Shown here: in pieces, positions 49,632 through 61,890 of the stretch
Position numbering within the stretch: position 1 is the stretch's first letter
Layout of the letters: every line of letters begins with the position of its first letter
Origin: the human T2T-CHM13v2.0 reference genome, Homo sapiens
Assembly: GCF_009914755.1 (NCBI RefSeq)
Contig: NC_060925.1
Direction: 5' to 3' (one strand)
DNA length: 64,000 bases
The notes under the pieces: model-generated
What the model was told of the DNA's origin: nothing
The model's database searches: none
Seen by the model: the letters and a program-made list of their open reading frames with translations, nothing else
Translations under genes and position numbers: made by a program

Positions 49632-49981
49632 CCCGCTCATCCTCCCGGCCCCCTCGCTGCGGTCCTCCCGCTCATCCTCCCGGCCCCCTCGCTGCGGTCC
49701 TCCCGCTCATCCTCCCGGCCCCCTCGCTGCGGTCCTCCCGCTCATCCTCCCGGCCCCCTCGCTGCCGTCCTCCCGCTCATCCTCCCGGCCCCCTCGCTGC
49801 CGTCCTCCCGCTCATCCTCCCGGCCCCCTCGCTGCGGTCCTCCCGCTCATCCTCCCGGCCCCCTCACTGCGGTCCTCCCGCTCATCCTCCCGGCCCCCTC
49901 GCTGCGGTCCTCCCGCTCATCCTCCCGGCCCCCTCGCTGCGGTCCTCCCGCTCATCCTCCCGGCCCCCTCGCTGCGGTCCT
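49632..49981. repeat. 35-bp CpG-rich minisatellite, 10 near-perfect copies (CCCGCTCATCCTCCCGGCCCCCTCGCTGCGGTCCT)
   Basis: Direct periodicity with four CpGs per unit. Confidence 0.97.
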
Positions 49982-51701
49982 CTCTGCCACTGTGGATGGG
50001 CTTCACACAAACTGAGATGGGGAGGCCCCATCCTCTTGGTTCCCACCAGCACCTGCATTTCCGCCGCTACCTCGGCGTGGCTCTGCCTGCTCCCTCCCTG
50101 ACCCCAGCTCTGCCCTCTCCCTCCAGCTCAGCCTCAGATTTTAAGTACCCACCTGGCGAGGGGCCCTCTTCCCTGCTCCTGGCACAGAGGCCCCGAGCCT
50201 TTCCTTTTTCATGTTGCTGGTGACCCCTCCCCAGGTACTCGTTTAAGAGCTCCCTGGCAGCAGAGCTGGACACAGGGAAGTCAGTGGGACCTTTGAGGCC
50301 ACGAAACAGGTCTCACCCAGAAAGGAAAGCGGGGTCGGCTCGCCCGCCTGCCGCACGCTTCCCCGGGAGGCCGAGCTCAGGAAGACGCGGCAAATCCCAT
50401 CCTATGTGCTTGCAGCAACTCCTCTGCCAAAAAAGGAAATGCCACCGCCAACAGCAACAGAAACACAGATTTGGAGATCCCCAAATTAGCCAATAAACAC
50501 CACCCATTCCGTGGTGAGGGGGGAAATGGAGAAGAAACCACCTTCCCAAATCTTTATGAATTAAACATGGCATGTCCATCAAGTCATAGAGACAACCATT
50601 TCTGCTTAATTTGCTGACACAAATCACCCTAACTATTTTGCTGGGGAGAGGGGTGTGGGGGCGGGATGGCGGGTCCTGGGCGTCTCGGCTCCGCCATTGT
50701 CATTAATTATAAAATTGGGAGGACTGTAATTTTCCACTCAGGCTTGTCACCAATCGGGCAGTCACCCCAGCTGTGCGGGTGCCCCCCTGGGTTTGGTTGT
50801 GCCCGTGGGGGGTTGCTAGAGAGTCCTTTGTCGCCTCCCTGGGGGCACAGACACCTGGAACTCACTCTTTCTCCGAGGAACAGGAGCAAGTGCGGCATTC
50901 TGGAGGGAGGTGGCACTTGTTTCCATGAGATGCTCCAAGCTCCTCCTGTTCTTACCCAGCATTTCCCCAGGATTCCAGGAGACTCTGCCTGGCCCAGGAG
51001 GTTCTGCTCTCCCCAGGCAAGGAAGCGGGGTTTCCGGGACACCACGTCCACCCCAGGTCACCTACAAACAAGGTCAGCCAGGGCTGTAGACCAAGGACTC
51101 CCGAGGCCAAGCCGGTGCCTTCCCAGGAGGCCTTGCCACCCCCCATTAATCCTGCAATTCCAGATCATTATCAAGGTCACTGCCTGGTACATTAACTCAG
51201 AAGCACGCGGGTGACAGGGTGTGGCCAGTGCACCAAGCAGAACGGCCAGGCAAGCTGCGCCCAGACACATGTCGGAGTCTCGTGTGGCCACTGGGTCCGC
51301 CTCGGCTGGAATCTGCCATCCTTCTCCCACCACAGCCCCGCCCCTTGTCTGCAGGATGCAGGACTGCCCGGGAGGCTCTGCTTGGCCAGCAAAAAGTGTG
51401 TTTCCTTGTAAAAAGTTTACCAGAAAAGAGGAGAAAGTAGTTAATGGAGAAAATGGTTTTCCTTTTCAGACAGGCGTCTTTTCCTTCCATTCTCCTATTG
51501 GACACAAACCAGAAACTTCTAGATCTGAGGAGGGTCTGACACGCTGGGCAACTTCCAACCCTAACACTCTGTTTCTATGCAAAAATAATGCCTTTCTCAG
51601 TTCAAATGCTGCTAGGCGACCCAGGGCGATGGCGGCTTTTAAGAGCTGATGTCCACCCAATAGCACCGTCAGACTCGCAGGCCTCAGAACTCCAAGCCCT
51701 T

Positions 51702-51937
51702 GGTCAGGTGCGGTGGCTCACATCTGTCATCCCAGCACTTTGGGAGGCCAAGACGGGCAGATCACCTGAGGTTGGGAGTTCAAGACCAGCCTGGCCAATG
51801 TGGCAAAACCCTGTCTCTACTAAAAACACAAAAACTAGCTGGGTGTGGTTGTGCACACCTGTAATCCCAACTACTTGGGAGGCTGAGGCAGGAGAAATGC
51901 TTGAGCTCAGGAGGCAGAGGTTGCAGTGAGCCGAGAT
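51702..51937 (+). mobile_element. AluS (Sq/Sp/Sx-like), 3'-truncated, no poly(A) or TSD
   Basis: Alu sequence runs from ggtcaggtgcggtggctcac to gcagtgagccgagat, then abruptly becomes non-Alu sequence. Confidence 0.93.
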
Positions 51938-52633
51938 ACATTACCACAATAGCATCTTGCAGGGGCAAGAATGGCTTCAGCTAAGTTAGTATCATCCTCA
52001 GAGACAGATTCTTCTTATTCTGAATAGTGTGTTGGGCCCCTGTTGGGTGCCTGGCCCTGTGCTAACATGTTCCACATCAGACGAGATACCAACACATGGG
52101 GAGATGGTTACAATGAGCTTGATCTTGACCGTTGGGGAGCTGTGGCCCCAGGATGCTTCTGTGGTGAATACAGACCTTTTGGCTGGGCAGGGCCTGAGAC
52201 CCTGGTGTGATACCCTGGGCATCGTCCCCCAAACCTTCCTTTCAGGGCCACCGATCTTAGAGGTCAATGCCGCAGACCTGACAGTGGGGACCTGTGTGTG
52301 GGGATTGTGTGGTCAGCTGATCAAGGTATTTTTTCAGCCAATGGGACCGTATCCAAACATCATCAAAGACACCATCCCATCTGCTTCCCCATCGCTGCTG
52401 TTGGTCCTGATGTCAGTGTTGGGCTCCTGGATAGCCTGGGTTGAGGATTCTATCAGAACCAAAAGGACATCCCCAAGAAGTCCACTCCTACTGCTAAGGA
52501 ATCTGTCATTCAATAAACAGGATCAGATGGCACAGAACAGAGCGGAACCCGACCTCTGTGTGGATGATCCACAGGTGCCACTGGGACCATGTCAGGAAGA
52601 AACAGCCATGTCGTGGAAGTGCAGCCAGGCCCT

Positions 52634-52814
52634 GGGGACAGGCAAGGCCCACGGGGTCCAGGAGAACAGGGCCTCCAGGAGGGTCATGGGTCCCGGGGAC
52701 AGGCAAGGCCCACAGGATCCAGGAGAACAGGGCCTCCAGGAGGGTCATGGGTCCCGGGGACAGGCAAGGCCTATTGGGGTCCAGGAGAACAGAGCCTCCA
52801 GGAGGGTCATGGGT
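52634..52814. repeat. 61-bp tandem repeat, 3 copies
   Basis: GGGGACAGGCAAGGCCCAC...CCAGGAGAACAGGGCCTCCAGGAGGGTCATGGGTCCC at 52634, 52695 and 52756. Confidence 0.93.
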
Positions 52815-55800
52815 GGAGGCGGGAGAGAGTGGTTTGTGTGGGGTGGAAAAGAGTGGTGCAGGAAGGAAGGTGGGGGCCCTGCCTATAGAGCCAGCAACCT
52901 GGCTGCAGCCCCACCCTCCCTCCACCGAGCGGACCAACCCAGAACCCCACAGGGGCCCTGTCCTCCGGGGACCTGTCGAGTCAGTGCTCCTCTGCACGGT
53001 GGCTCCAGGCCACCCCTCCCTTGGCCCTTTCCCACTGGGCGTGGAGGGACGGCCGTGGCCTTCCCCTGCCAGCCCCTGCCCTCCTCCTCGGGTGCCCCCA
53101 CGTCCTCTGGTTTCCCCTCAGCTCTCACAAATTCTGCCCGTGTCCGCACCCTCATTAATCAATGTCAAGGCGCGGCGTCGGCAACAAGGGGCGCATTCTT
53201 CCCCGGCCCCTCAGCCTCATACATCCCATTGTTCCCGGGGCCGATTCAGATGGCAAGAAAACAGCCTATGCAGCACATAAAAGAGATGAGGCAAAAATGA
53301 AAAGAATCAAGGGAGAAAAAAGAGGAGGCATTTTTCCCCCTGAAACACTCGAATAAATACTCGGCAATGATAATTTAAATTATTCATACATTTATGAAAA
53401 CATCCATTGAAAACCCAAGTGTATGATGCTCTTTGTCTCTGTCTCTGTCTCTTGTTTGGGATTAATCTTTACTGTAATTCGGGCTGGCCGTGGCCCCCTG
53501 ACAAAGGCCACACTCTCTTTCCATGGGAAAAATGTTTCCACATATCCCAGCAAGGAGCTGGGGAGAGATTTGTGCTGACGAGGCAGTGTCCAGGCCCCCG
53601 AGATGCTGAACCAGCCATGTTCAAGAAGCGTCCAACCCGCAGAAAGTACAGTGGGTTGTCACAGTGCTGTCACTCCAGTGACATCCATGCCACGGGGCTG
53701 GGAAGCCAGAGGGGCCTCCACAGAGAGGAGACCCACAGAGCATGCATGCTCCTGCAGGCCCCTGAGCCCACCAGGGAAGGAGAATCCAAGAGCCTTCCCC
53801 AATATGGCCTGCGTGGGGAGACACACCCAGACACATCCCCACCCAGGTCTGGTGGGTTGGTGGGTTTCAGATGCCCCCGGTGGCTGTCCCCCGCCGAACC
53901 AGGCCTAGTTGTCACATCACAGCTGGGCACACTCAATGACCTGCCATAGAAGGCTGAGGTGGGCATCCTAGCAGGCTGGAGCTGGGCATCCCAGAGTCTC
54001 CCCAAACCTGGGGCAGGAGTCAGGAGCCACACTGTCCGGAGGCTGTGGTTGGCCTCACGAAATCAGAGAGTCTAGGCCCATGCCTGAGACTGGAGATGCT
54101 GAAACCATTCTTGATATTGCAGAGGGCGGGGCTGTGGCTGTGGCCATCAGCATGGAACTGGAGGGGACAGGTTCCTGTAGCCAGTCATCCGTGACTGCCA
54201 TAGAGATCAGGTGCCCACTGTCTGCACCTCTGTCTTCCTCAGCCTCCCAGGCTCCTGGTCCCTCCCTGGGCCACCACTGTCTCTGACAGCCTGAAGCCAC
54301 CCACTGGGATTGCGGCAGTTCCTCTGTGAATTAACTCGTAGCCTAGCACTGTTCCATGTCCAAATGTTGCAGGGCAGCAGGGGAAACGGCACCCTCTGTG
54401 TGGATAGAAGCACGCTTTCTGTGTGGTGTTTTCCTCCAGGGCTCCGTGACCAAAGCTCATTCCCAAACAGGATAAAAAGCCCCGGGTGGCCTTCTCCTCA
54501 CACACCTTTCACCGTGAAACGGGCATTCGCCCGTGTGTGAGTTGATCGGCAGTGATTTCTCTTCCCTGGAAGTGACCCAGAATCCATTCCTGGGCGGCTG
54601 GCGTCCAGCTCCTTAGCCTGGGTTAGCGCTGGGGATGGGGCGGCCACAGCAGTGGGCGCACGGCAGCTTGCAGGCTGTCAGTTCAGAAGACGCTGCAGCA
54701 GCTGCTGGGCTGCCCCCCAGCTCTTCTCGGCTTATTTGGTCTGGAATGGGAGCAGGGATCTCATGGGAACAGCCCTCCTGGTTGGATTTATGGCTTCTCT
54801 GGTTTGGGCCAGGTCAGAACTCAAGAGGAAAACCGCTCCTTTCTGCTCCTTATTCCAGATGAAAGTGGATCTCAAGAGTGCCTGGGAGCATAAACTGGCC
54901 TCTGTCGAGCTTGGCAGCCATGCTGAGTGCGCTGGCCTAAGTCTACGGCGAGGGTGAGGGGTTCTCCCAGCTACTGTGGCTGAGTGCACGCTGTCCAGAA
55001 GCAGCGTTTTCACTCACGGCCCTGCTCTTCCTGGGGCCAGGTCCCCGTGCCGTGCATCCCGGTAGATCTTTTTTTTCAACACGGGAGAGCTCTTGAGAAA
55101 CTCAGCCCAGTTTTCCTTGAGGCCCTGCGAGTTTCATTTTGGGCTGGCTGGGACGCGCGCTCTTCCCCCTAGAAGTATTCGGGATGCCGCCTGCATGCTA
55201 CCTCGCTCACTCCCAACTCTGCTCCCCACACGAGGTTTTGGGGTGCCCCCTTGGACTGCTGCCACCGGCCTCTTCCCCCTCTTGCCGGCCCTCCCTCCTC
55301 TGTCACCGATGTTGGGGTCTGGGAAGGTAGCCAAATGCAGGAGGACACCGGAGCAATAAATCACCCCTCATCCAACATCTGCAGGCCCTGGGGCGAGCCC
55401 CTCGCTGCCGCCCCCATCCCATCCCTCGCCACAAAACACTATTGTCGTGGCCAAGTGAAGAAGAGTCGCCTGCACTTACAAAGGGCCTCTGCAGCCTGGC
55501 GTGACGGCCAGAGGAGGTGCCTGGCTCTCGGCAGGGAGCCGCAGGGCTCTTTCTTCCTCTCTGGTTCGTACTTCTCCTCTCTCATGGGGGTCCCCCAAAG
55601 CCTTTCATTCCGGCTTCATATTCACATAAAGACATCAAGAAAAAACCCAGCAGAAAGAATTATTAGGCATGGCTGTCAAATGCTTTATCGGAGAAGGGGG
55701 GAGGGCAGTAACCCGTTAGGTGCTGGCCAGCAGCCCCAGCTTCCCCAGGTATCCCCAGGGGGCAGCTGGGGCCACCTCGGTGTGCGGGAACAGGCCATGA

Positions 55801-58599
55801 CACACTTGGGCACACCCACCCACTCCAAGGCACACATACGCACACGTGCACACAGATGTGCCCGCCCGCACAGGTGGGCATCGGTGGGGCCTGTCTCTTC
55901 ACCAAGTTTTGAATGGCTACACCTGATCTCAAGGCCCTTCCTTAGAAAGGGATGTTCTCTGCCTTCCTTCTGGCTCTTTCTTTCTTTGTTCCAATTAGCA
56001 GAAGATGCTTCCTCCCCTTATCCACACTGGCAGGTGCCTCTGCCACCTTCTACCCACGAGCTGGGGTCTTTTCTACTCTTGGCAGCGAGGGGTGGCTGAA
56101 ATCAGATGTGCCCTGGAGGCCAGGCCTCAGGACGCTCCTCCCCCAGGTGCACGCTCAGCGGACAAGGTGGACAACCCGAACCACGCTTGCTCAGAAATCC
56201 CGTAACCCAGCTGGCATTTTTGGAGACGTGTTCTCCCTCTTCCCTGCAAAGAGCTTTCTCACAGCTCACCCTAGACAGTTTTGCCACCTGCCAATCCCAA
56301 TGGCTTTCCGAAAGTTCACAGCCTGGGGCCCAGCTCTCCCAAAGGAGGGGTCCTCGCGTCCAGTGCCGGGCTGAGCGGAGAGCTGCAGGGGAGAGGCGTG
56401 TTCTGCACACTGCCGCGAGGAGGGCCTTTAGGATTTGTGGTGAGGGGCACCCCAGGGTGGGCAGTACCTCAGGATGCATTTTCAACACAGCCTCACGGTG
56501 CACAGAAACCGAAAACCGCATGCCGACAAACGGCTCCCTCGGCAAACATTTTTATTTCCAATTAGCAAAAGAAAAATTGCTAATTTGCTGCAGTTGGACC
56601 AGGCTGACGTCTCAATCTGCGGAGTGTCAGCGCAGTGAAAGAAAATGTTTCACACTGTGTCGGCGAGAGCAAGCAGCTCTAAAGAGGGTCAGGGCAGCGG
56701 GCCCAGAAACCAGATTGACTGGCCACAGCGCTAAATTACTCACACAAGACACACATTGTCTGCCGTGCCAGCTCCCGGAGGACCTGCCTTCTCATTCTTT
56801 CCCCTTGGAGCTGGGGCGGGGGAAGGGGTCCAGCGTGGGAGGAGAGCGCAGGGGGCTGGCAGGCCCTCGGTAGGGCAGTATCATCTTTGGGAACAGAGAG
56901 AGTCAGAAGCCGGGTTAATAATTACCCAGGTCTGTCTGCAGTGTTCGGGAACAGGACGATAAAATTCTCCCAGATCCCCGCCACAGCTCTGCACTCGGGA
57001 GATTCTGTGCAGATAATGTCCCGCAGGAGTGAGGGCTGAACATGGCAGGAGCAAGGGCTGAACATGGCAGGAGCGGCCATCTCTCTCGCCCTGCATTTCA
57101 AGGCTCTGTAACCGCCCGCCTGCCCTGCTTCACCGACTTCGGGAGAAACCCCCATACCTCACGGGCGCTGTCTCCCCACCTCTGGCAAGCCGGAGGAGGA
57201 TATCTCAGCAAAGCCAGCTCCCCCACAGGCATGAGGTCCCCCGGATCCACGGAGCTAGCACAGGCCATGGACCCAGACCGGCGGAGTCTCCCTGGGGAGA
57301 TGGCGAGGCTGCGGTGCTGGCCACAGATGTTTGGCGCTGAGGTAATAATGAGCCTCTCCTGAAAACCATTGACCACGTAACCTCAGACAGTAAAAGCCCC
57401 CGAGTGGGCTCTCAGAGGATCTAAATGGGTTTGCCTGCATCTCCAGACATAGCCCTCATTTTGAAGAGACATTCATTCCGTGCCCACACGCGCCGGGAGG
57501 AATGCATCTTGTCCTCGCCGTGCCCACGCCGTCACTCCGTCTGCGGCACCTTCCTCCACACATCTCTGTGGCCCCACAGCACGCCCAGCCTCCCAGCCGA
57601 TGCACACAAAACCTGTCCCCAACACCGTGGGGCCACGTCACAGGCATCATAGCAGCCGGCCAGGGCAGCCCCAGGACCTGTGGTCTGTCCTGGCTCAGAC
57701 TCACGCCCAGGGCCAATCCAGGAGCTACCTGCAGCCCTCCCCGCGTCTGCCACCTTCCACAGCTCTGTGGGCCTGGGACCTGGTCACGCAGGACCAGCAC
57801 AGGTTGGGGCAACATTGGGTCGGCAGGGCTGAGAAAGCCAAGACCTGCTTGCAGGTGCAGGGGCCACAGGAGCAGCCGGCCCACCTGGCCTCGAGTCTTG
57901 CCGTACCCCCAGGCTGCTGTGGTTCTCCTTGGCCTGAAATGCAACGGAAGGCTGACTTTGGGGATGGTCTAGAGGGGCCCTTCCTTGAAAGGACACCATT
58001 TGGTCTCTCTCCCCATTCTCTGGCAGTTCCTGGGTGTCACTGGGAGAAGCTCCCTGGATGACAGGTGTGCAGGGGCCTGGCAAACAGGAACCCAAACAGG
58101 GAGGCAGCCCAGGGTGCAGGGCTCGTGCATCTGCTTGCCTCCTCCAAGGGTGCTGCTACAGTCTGCATGGGGAAGCTCCTCGCCTTGGTCTCTTTGAGAT
58201 AAGCTGCCCAGGGAGGAAAGGGCCAACCTAGCCCAGCCTTGGGAGAAAGTGCACCACAGTGGCAGAGCCAGCCTCTTCCAGCCCTTTGACACATGGTGAT
58301 TTCAGAATCCATCCCATCAGGCCACTTGATGCTCAGACTCAAGAGAGGGAGACCCTGTCTGGGAGCAGGAGTCATGTTTACAACCCAGGGTGGTCAGTGA
58401 GGTGGAGAGGGGGGACGGGTTGCCAGTGGCTGGGCCTTGGAATTTCAGCTGGCCATGCCGACACTGGCTTAGGGCCTTGGGACGTGTGCAACCTCACCGT
58501 GTGCAACTCAGCCTCAGCATTCGGTCTCTGGCAAAGATGGGCAGTGCCCCACAGCCTCTGCCTCACTCCGCTCTTCAGGGAAACAGTCTCTAGACTAAG

Positions 58600-58715
58600 A
58601 GAGCAGAAGACTGGACTCTGGGCCTCCCGGTTCCAGCGCTCAGTTGCCTGCTGTGTGGCCTTAAAGTCATGAGCCTCTCTGAGCCTCCGGTTCAGCGTAA
58701 CAGAGACAATCAAAC
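58600..58715 (+). mobile_element. MIR SINE fragment
   Basis: ggactctggg...ggttccag...gctgtgtggcctt...cctctctgagcctc. Confidence 0.6.
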
Positions 58716-59029
58716 CGGATCATGTACGTGGGACTTTTTTCCAGAAGATGCAAAAGCTGCTTGGATTTGCTGTGTTTGCACAAATGACAGGCGCTTGCAG
58801 CTGGCCTCACTGGGGAGACTCTTTGTCCGGCCTGCACCGACTCTCTAAGCACTGCATGTTCTTTAGTCAAAATAAAGCATTGCTGGTCGGGCCAGCAGTC
58901 ACAGAGAAGTCTGGCTTCCAATGAACGTCATGCACTGCGCTTGCTTGGAGAGCAGAGGCAGGGGCAGCCTCTTGCATTTCCCCCTTCTCCCCTCAATGCC
59001 TGCCCGGCCCTGAAATGTCCACCCTGGGC

Positions 59030-59200
59030 ATGTGGGACACACATGGATGCCCCCATGTACACGCATGCACACACATACACATGCACAGACGCACATGTGT
59101 GCAAACAGTGACATGCATGCGTGTCTAGGCACATGTACACACAAACACAGGTCGTGCATGCAAAACACATGTGCACACAGATGTCCACACACATATACAA
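59030..59200. repeat. Degenerate (CA/TG) dinucleotide tract
   Basis: cacacatacacatgcacagacgcacatgtgtgc and similar. Confidence 0.75.
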
Positions 59201-60453
59201 TTTCCTCATGGAGAATTCACTCCCATCCTGAGGCCCAGAACCTTGGAGCCATCCTCAGAGTTTGCTGGGTATGGAGAAATCTGTGCAGGAAAAGCCACAA
59301 ATTTAGATGGGGATACAGTAAACTTCATGAAGTAGTCTCGCATCTTATCTGCTCCCTAGACCCTGGAGGGCGTCCACTGCTCCCCAGCAGAGGTCTGCAG
59401 GCCCCGTGCTGGCAGGAAGTGAGGTGAGGGAGGCCCAAGGGGAAGGAGGGGCTGTTGCAGGTGCGTTTGCAGGGCCAGCCTCCGCCACAGGTGCCGTGAC
59501 CTTGAGCTCAGGTCCCACCCCCTGACAAAGCAAATAACCAGCCAGAGGGCTGCCCACGTGGGTTCCCTCCCACCCACCCAGCCCAGCCTCCCCCAGTGAG
59601 GAGCTGGTGACGACAGATGTAATTCCCCTGGGAGGGAGCGGTGCCCCAGCTGCTGGCCCTGAGATGTATTTTCCAGCGTTCTGAGCTGGAAGAACAAGCT
59701 GAGGCTCCAGCAGGCCTGGGTGCTGGGACTTCCTCTTTTTTGCTGAGGAAGGTCTCTCTCCCTCCCTCCGCCATGAGGAGTGGGGGCTCGCAGCCTGTTG
59801 CCAACTACCCCGCCTTTCTTCCCTCCAGGAAGCCTCTCCTTCGGCCTGTGGTCGGCTTCAGGAGGTGGAACCTGCGGGGCCCCTGCCAACCAATGGTGCT
59901 GGTGCTGGGTGTGTTTCATGGCCCTGCCCAGCAGGCCTCATGCACCAGCTACCATGCAGGGGAGGGCCTGCTCCCCATCCCAGGGCACTTAGGCCCAGCC
60001 CACACCCCAACGTGAGACTCTGGGGCGGACTGGGCATGGGTGCTCTGCAGGGCCCCTGACTGTCTCCAGCGTGCAGTGGGGCGAGGACCAGCATCCCCAT
60101 TCCCAGCACTGCAGTGGATGCAGGCTTGGTTCTGGATCTTTCCCCACATCCATCTGTGATTCCTGGGCTTGTGGTTTCCAAAGCTGAAGCCTGATGTGAG
60201 GGCACTTTGCATCCAAAGGGGCCTGGAGAAAGTGTGCAGTTTGCCCTCAAGGCCGGGGTGGAGTTTGGTGGGTGGGTTGGGGAGCAAGACCAGGTTGAGG
60301 GGCATTTGGATCGGTCAAGACATCCCCAGCTCCAGAGACTCCCAGACATGAGCGTGCGTGGGGTAGCATCTGCAGATGGAAGCTCCTGTTCATAGAGGTA
60401 TCCTTGGAGCAGCCAAGGTGGCCCTGCCTCCGCCGTGGCCAAAATCAAGGCTT

Positions 60454-60544
60454 TTTTTTTTTTTTTTTTTTTTTTTGAGACAGAGTCTTGCTCTGTTGCC
60501 AGGCTGGAGTGCAGTGGTGCGATCTCGGCTCACTGCAACCTCCG
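60454..60544 (-). mobile_element. Severely 5'-truncated Alu (last ~68 nt plus T-tract) with 13-bp TSD
   Basis: T-run followed by gagacagagtcttgctctgttgccaggctggagtgcagtggtgcgatctcggctcactgcaacctccg. TSD AAAATCAAGGCTT at 60441-60453 and 60545-60557. Confidence 0.95.
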
Positions 60545-61269
60545 AAAATCAAGGCTTCTTTCTGGAGTCTGGGAATTAGCAAATGAACACACCCTGGGCC
60601 AGTTTTAACTAGGGCGCGGCTCATCGCAGTGTTGATTACGGAGTTGCTATCGATTTTCGTGGGGAGCAAACGTTTCTGGAGTTTACGATGCCTGTTATCG
60701 TTTGGCTGCTAGAAGCGCTGCTGATGAGCCGAAGTTCATCTTTTGTCTGGAATGTTCCTGGGCTCAGGCATCTTCCCCAGCTCAGGAGTGTCACGCCTCA
60801 CACAGGTGCTGACCCCACGCTCACCCCCGGCATGCAGGCATTTTTCTCTTAATCGTGGCAAGAGGGAGAAAGACTGGCCATCCAAGTACGTGATGGTGAA
60901 TCTAGAATAACATTGCTTGGATTTTCTTTTTCTTGAGCTCAAACTAAACTCATCCAAAGCCTGCTTTACCTCTCAGGGCTGCAGGGGAATGCACCATCAA
61001 TTTGAGTGTTGGGTCTGCATACTCATGTCAGCCCTAGGAACTAACTTCTCAGTCAATCACAGACCAGGTGCAAGAGGTCACGCGATACCAGGGCTGGGGA
61101 TCAGCCCCCGGAATGGAGGGGGTCGGCGGAACAGGCAGCGAGAACCGGGAATAACCAGAGTGGGACCAGCACAGGGGTGCAGCCTCCTGTCTCATCGCCC
61201 ACCTTGTCCACTGCCTTTTTCAACTTTAAACACCGTGAGCAGATGAACGAGGAAGACAGTTTTCCAACC

Positions 61270-61690
61270 CCATCTGAGGCGTCTCCTCCTTTTACAAATA
61301 TTAAGATAAACGGGTATCACTTTTGGAAATTTTATATATAATAGGAAATCTATGGCACCGATCAGGGATTTCTCTTCCAGGGAAGCTATTGTGTCAGGTA
61401 AAGAGGCGGCCATACATCAGCCGGCTCTGCCCCTCAAATAGATAATCAATTTCCCTGAAAGCATCAATAACCAGAGTGGACATTTATTGCCCCGTGGATG
61501 GTTTATCTTTGGGGCTGGGGACAGCAGGGCCGTGATGAATACCAAATCTGCCAGGGAACACAATTAAATGCTGCGAAGATAAAGGATTTTATATCGTGCA
61601 CAAAAAAGCAATCAAATTCATAATTGAACTCCATTGCATGAAACCAGCCAGAGATAAATATCACACCCAAAAGTGTATAACCTGGGTGCC
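61270..61690. promoter_or_regulatory. Candidate conserved enhancer (AT-rich island with GATA and homeobox cores)
   Basis: Several AGATAA sites (near 61304, 61440, 61577, 61652), TTATCT, CAATTAA and CATAATTG in repeat-free sequence. Confidence 0.45.
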
Positions 61691-61786
61691 GTGTTATGGG
61701 TCAGGCGACAGTGTTGCCAATACCCAGTAGTGTCTCCCTCTGGAGGCCCCGGTGCGCCCCTCTCGCTGGGGTATCAGCTTCCAATT

Positions 61787-61890
61787 GCCACTCTCTCTCC
61801 CTCTCCCCTTCCGCCTGTGCCCAGGGCCACTCTCTCTCCCTCTCCCCTTCTGCACGCACCCACAGCCACTCTCTCTCCCTCTCCCCTTCC
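61787..61890. repeat. About 39-bp tandem repeat, 3 copies of GCCACTCTCTCTCCCTCTCCCCTTC plus spacer
   Basis: Core at 61787, 61826 and 61866. Confidence 0.88.

Noticed and set aside
52029-53300. 423-aa ORF
   Set aside because: Non-ATG start, spans an L2-like relic and a 61-bp tandem repeat, and has no recognisable domain.
61787-61890. CRISPR-like repeat-spacer appearance (also considered for the other VNTRs)
   Set aside because: Eukaryotic intron, only three copies, related short spacers and no cas genes. It is an ordinary diverged tandem repeat.
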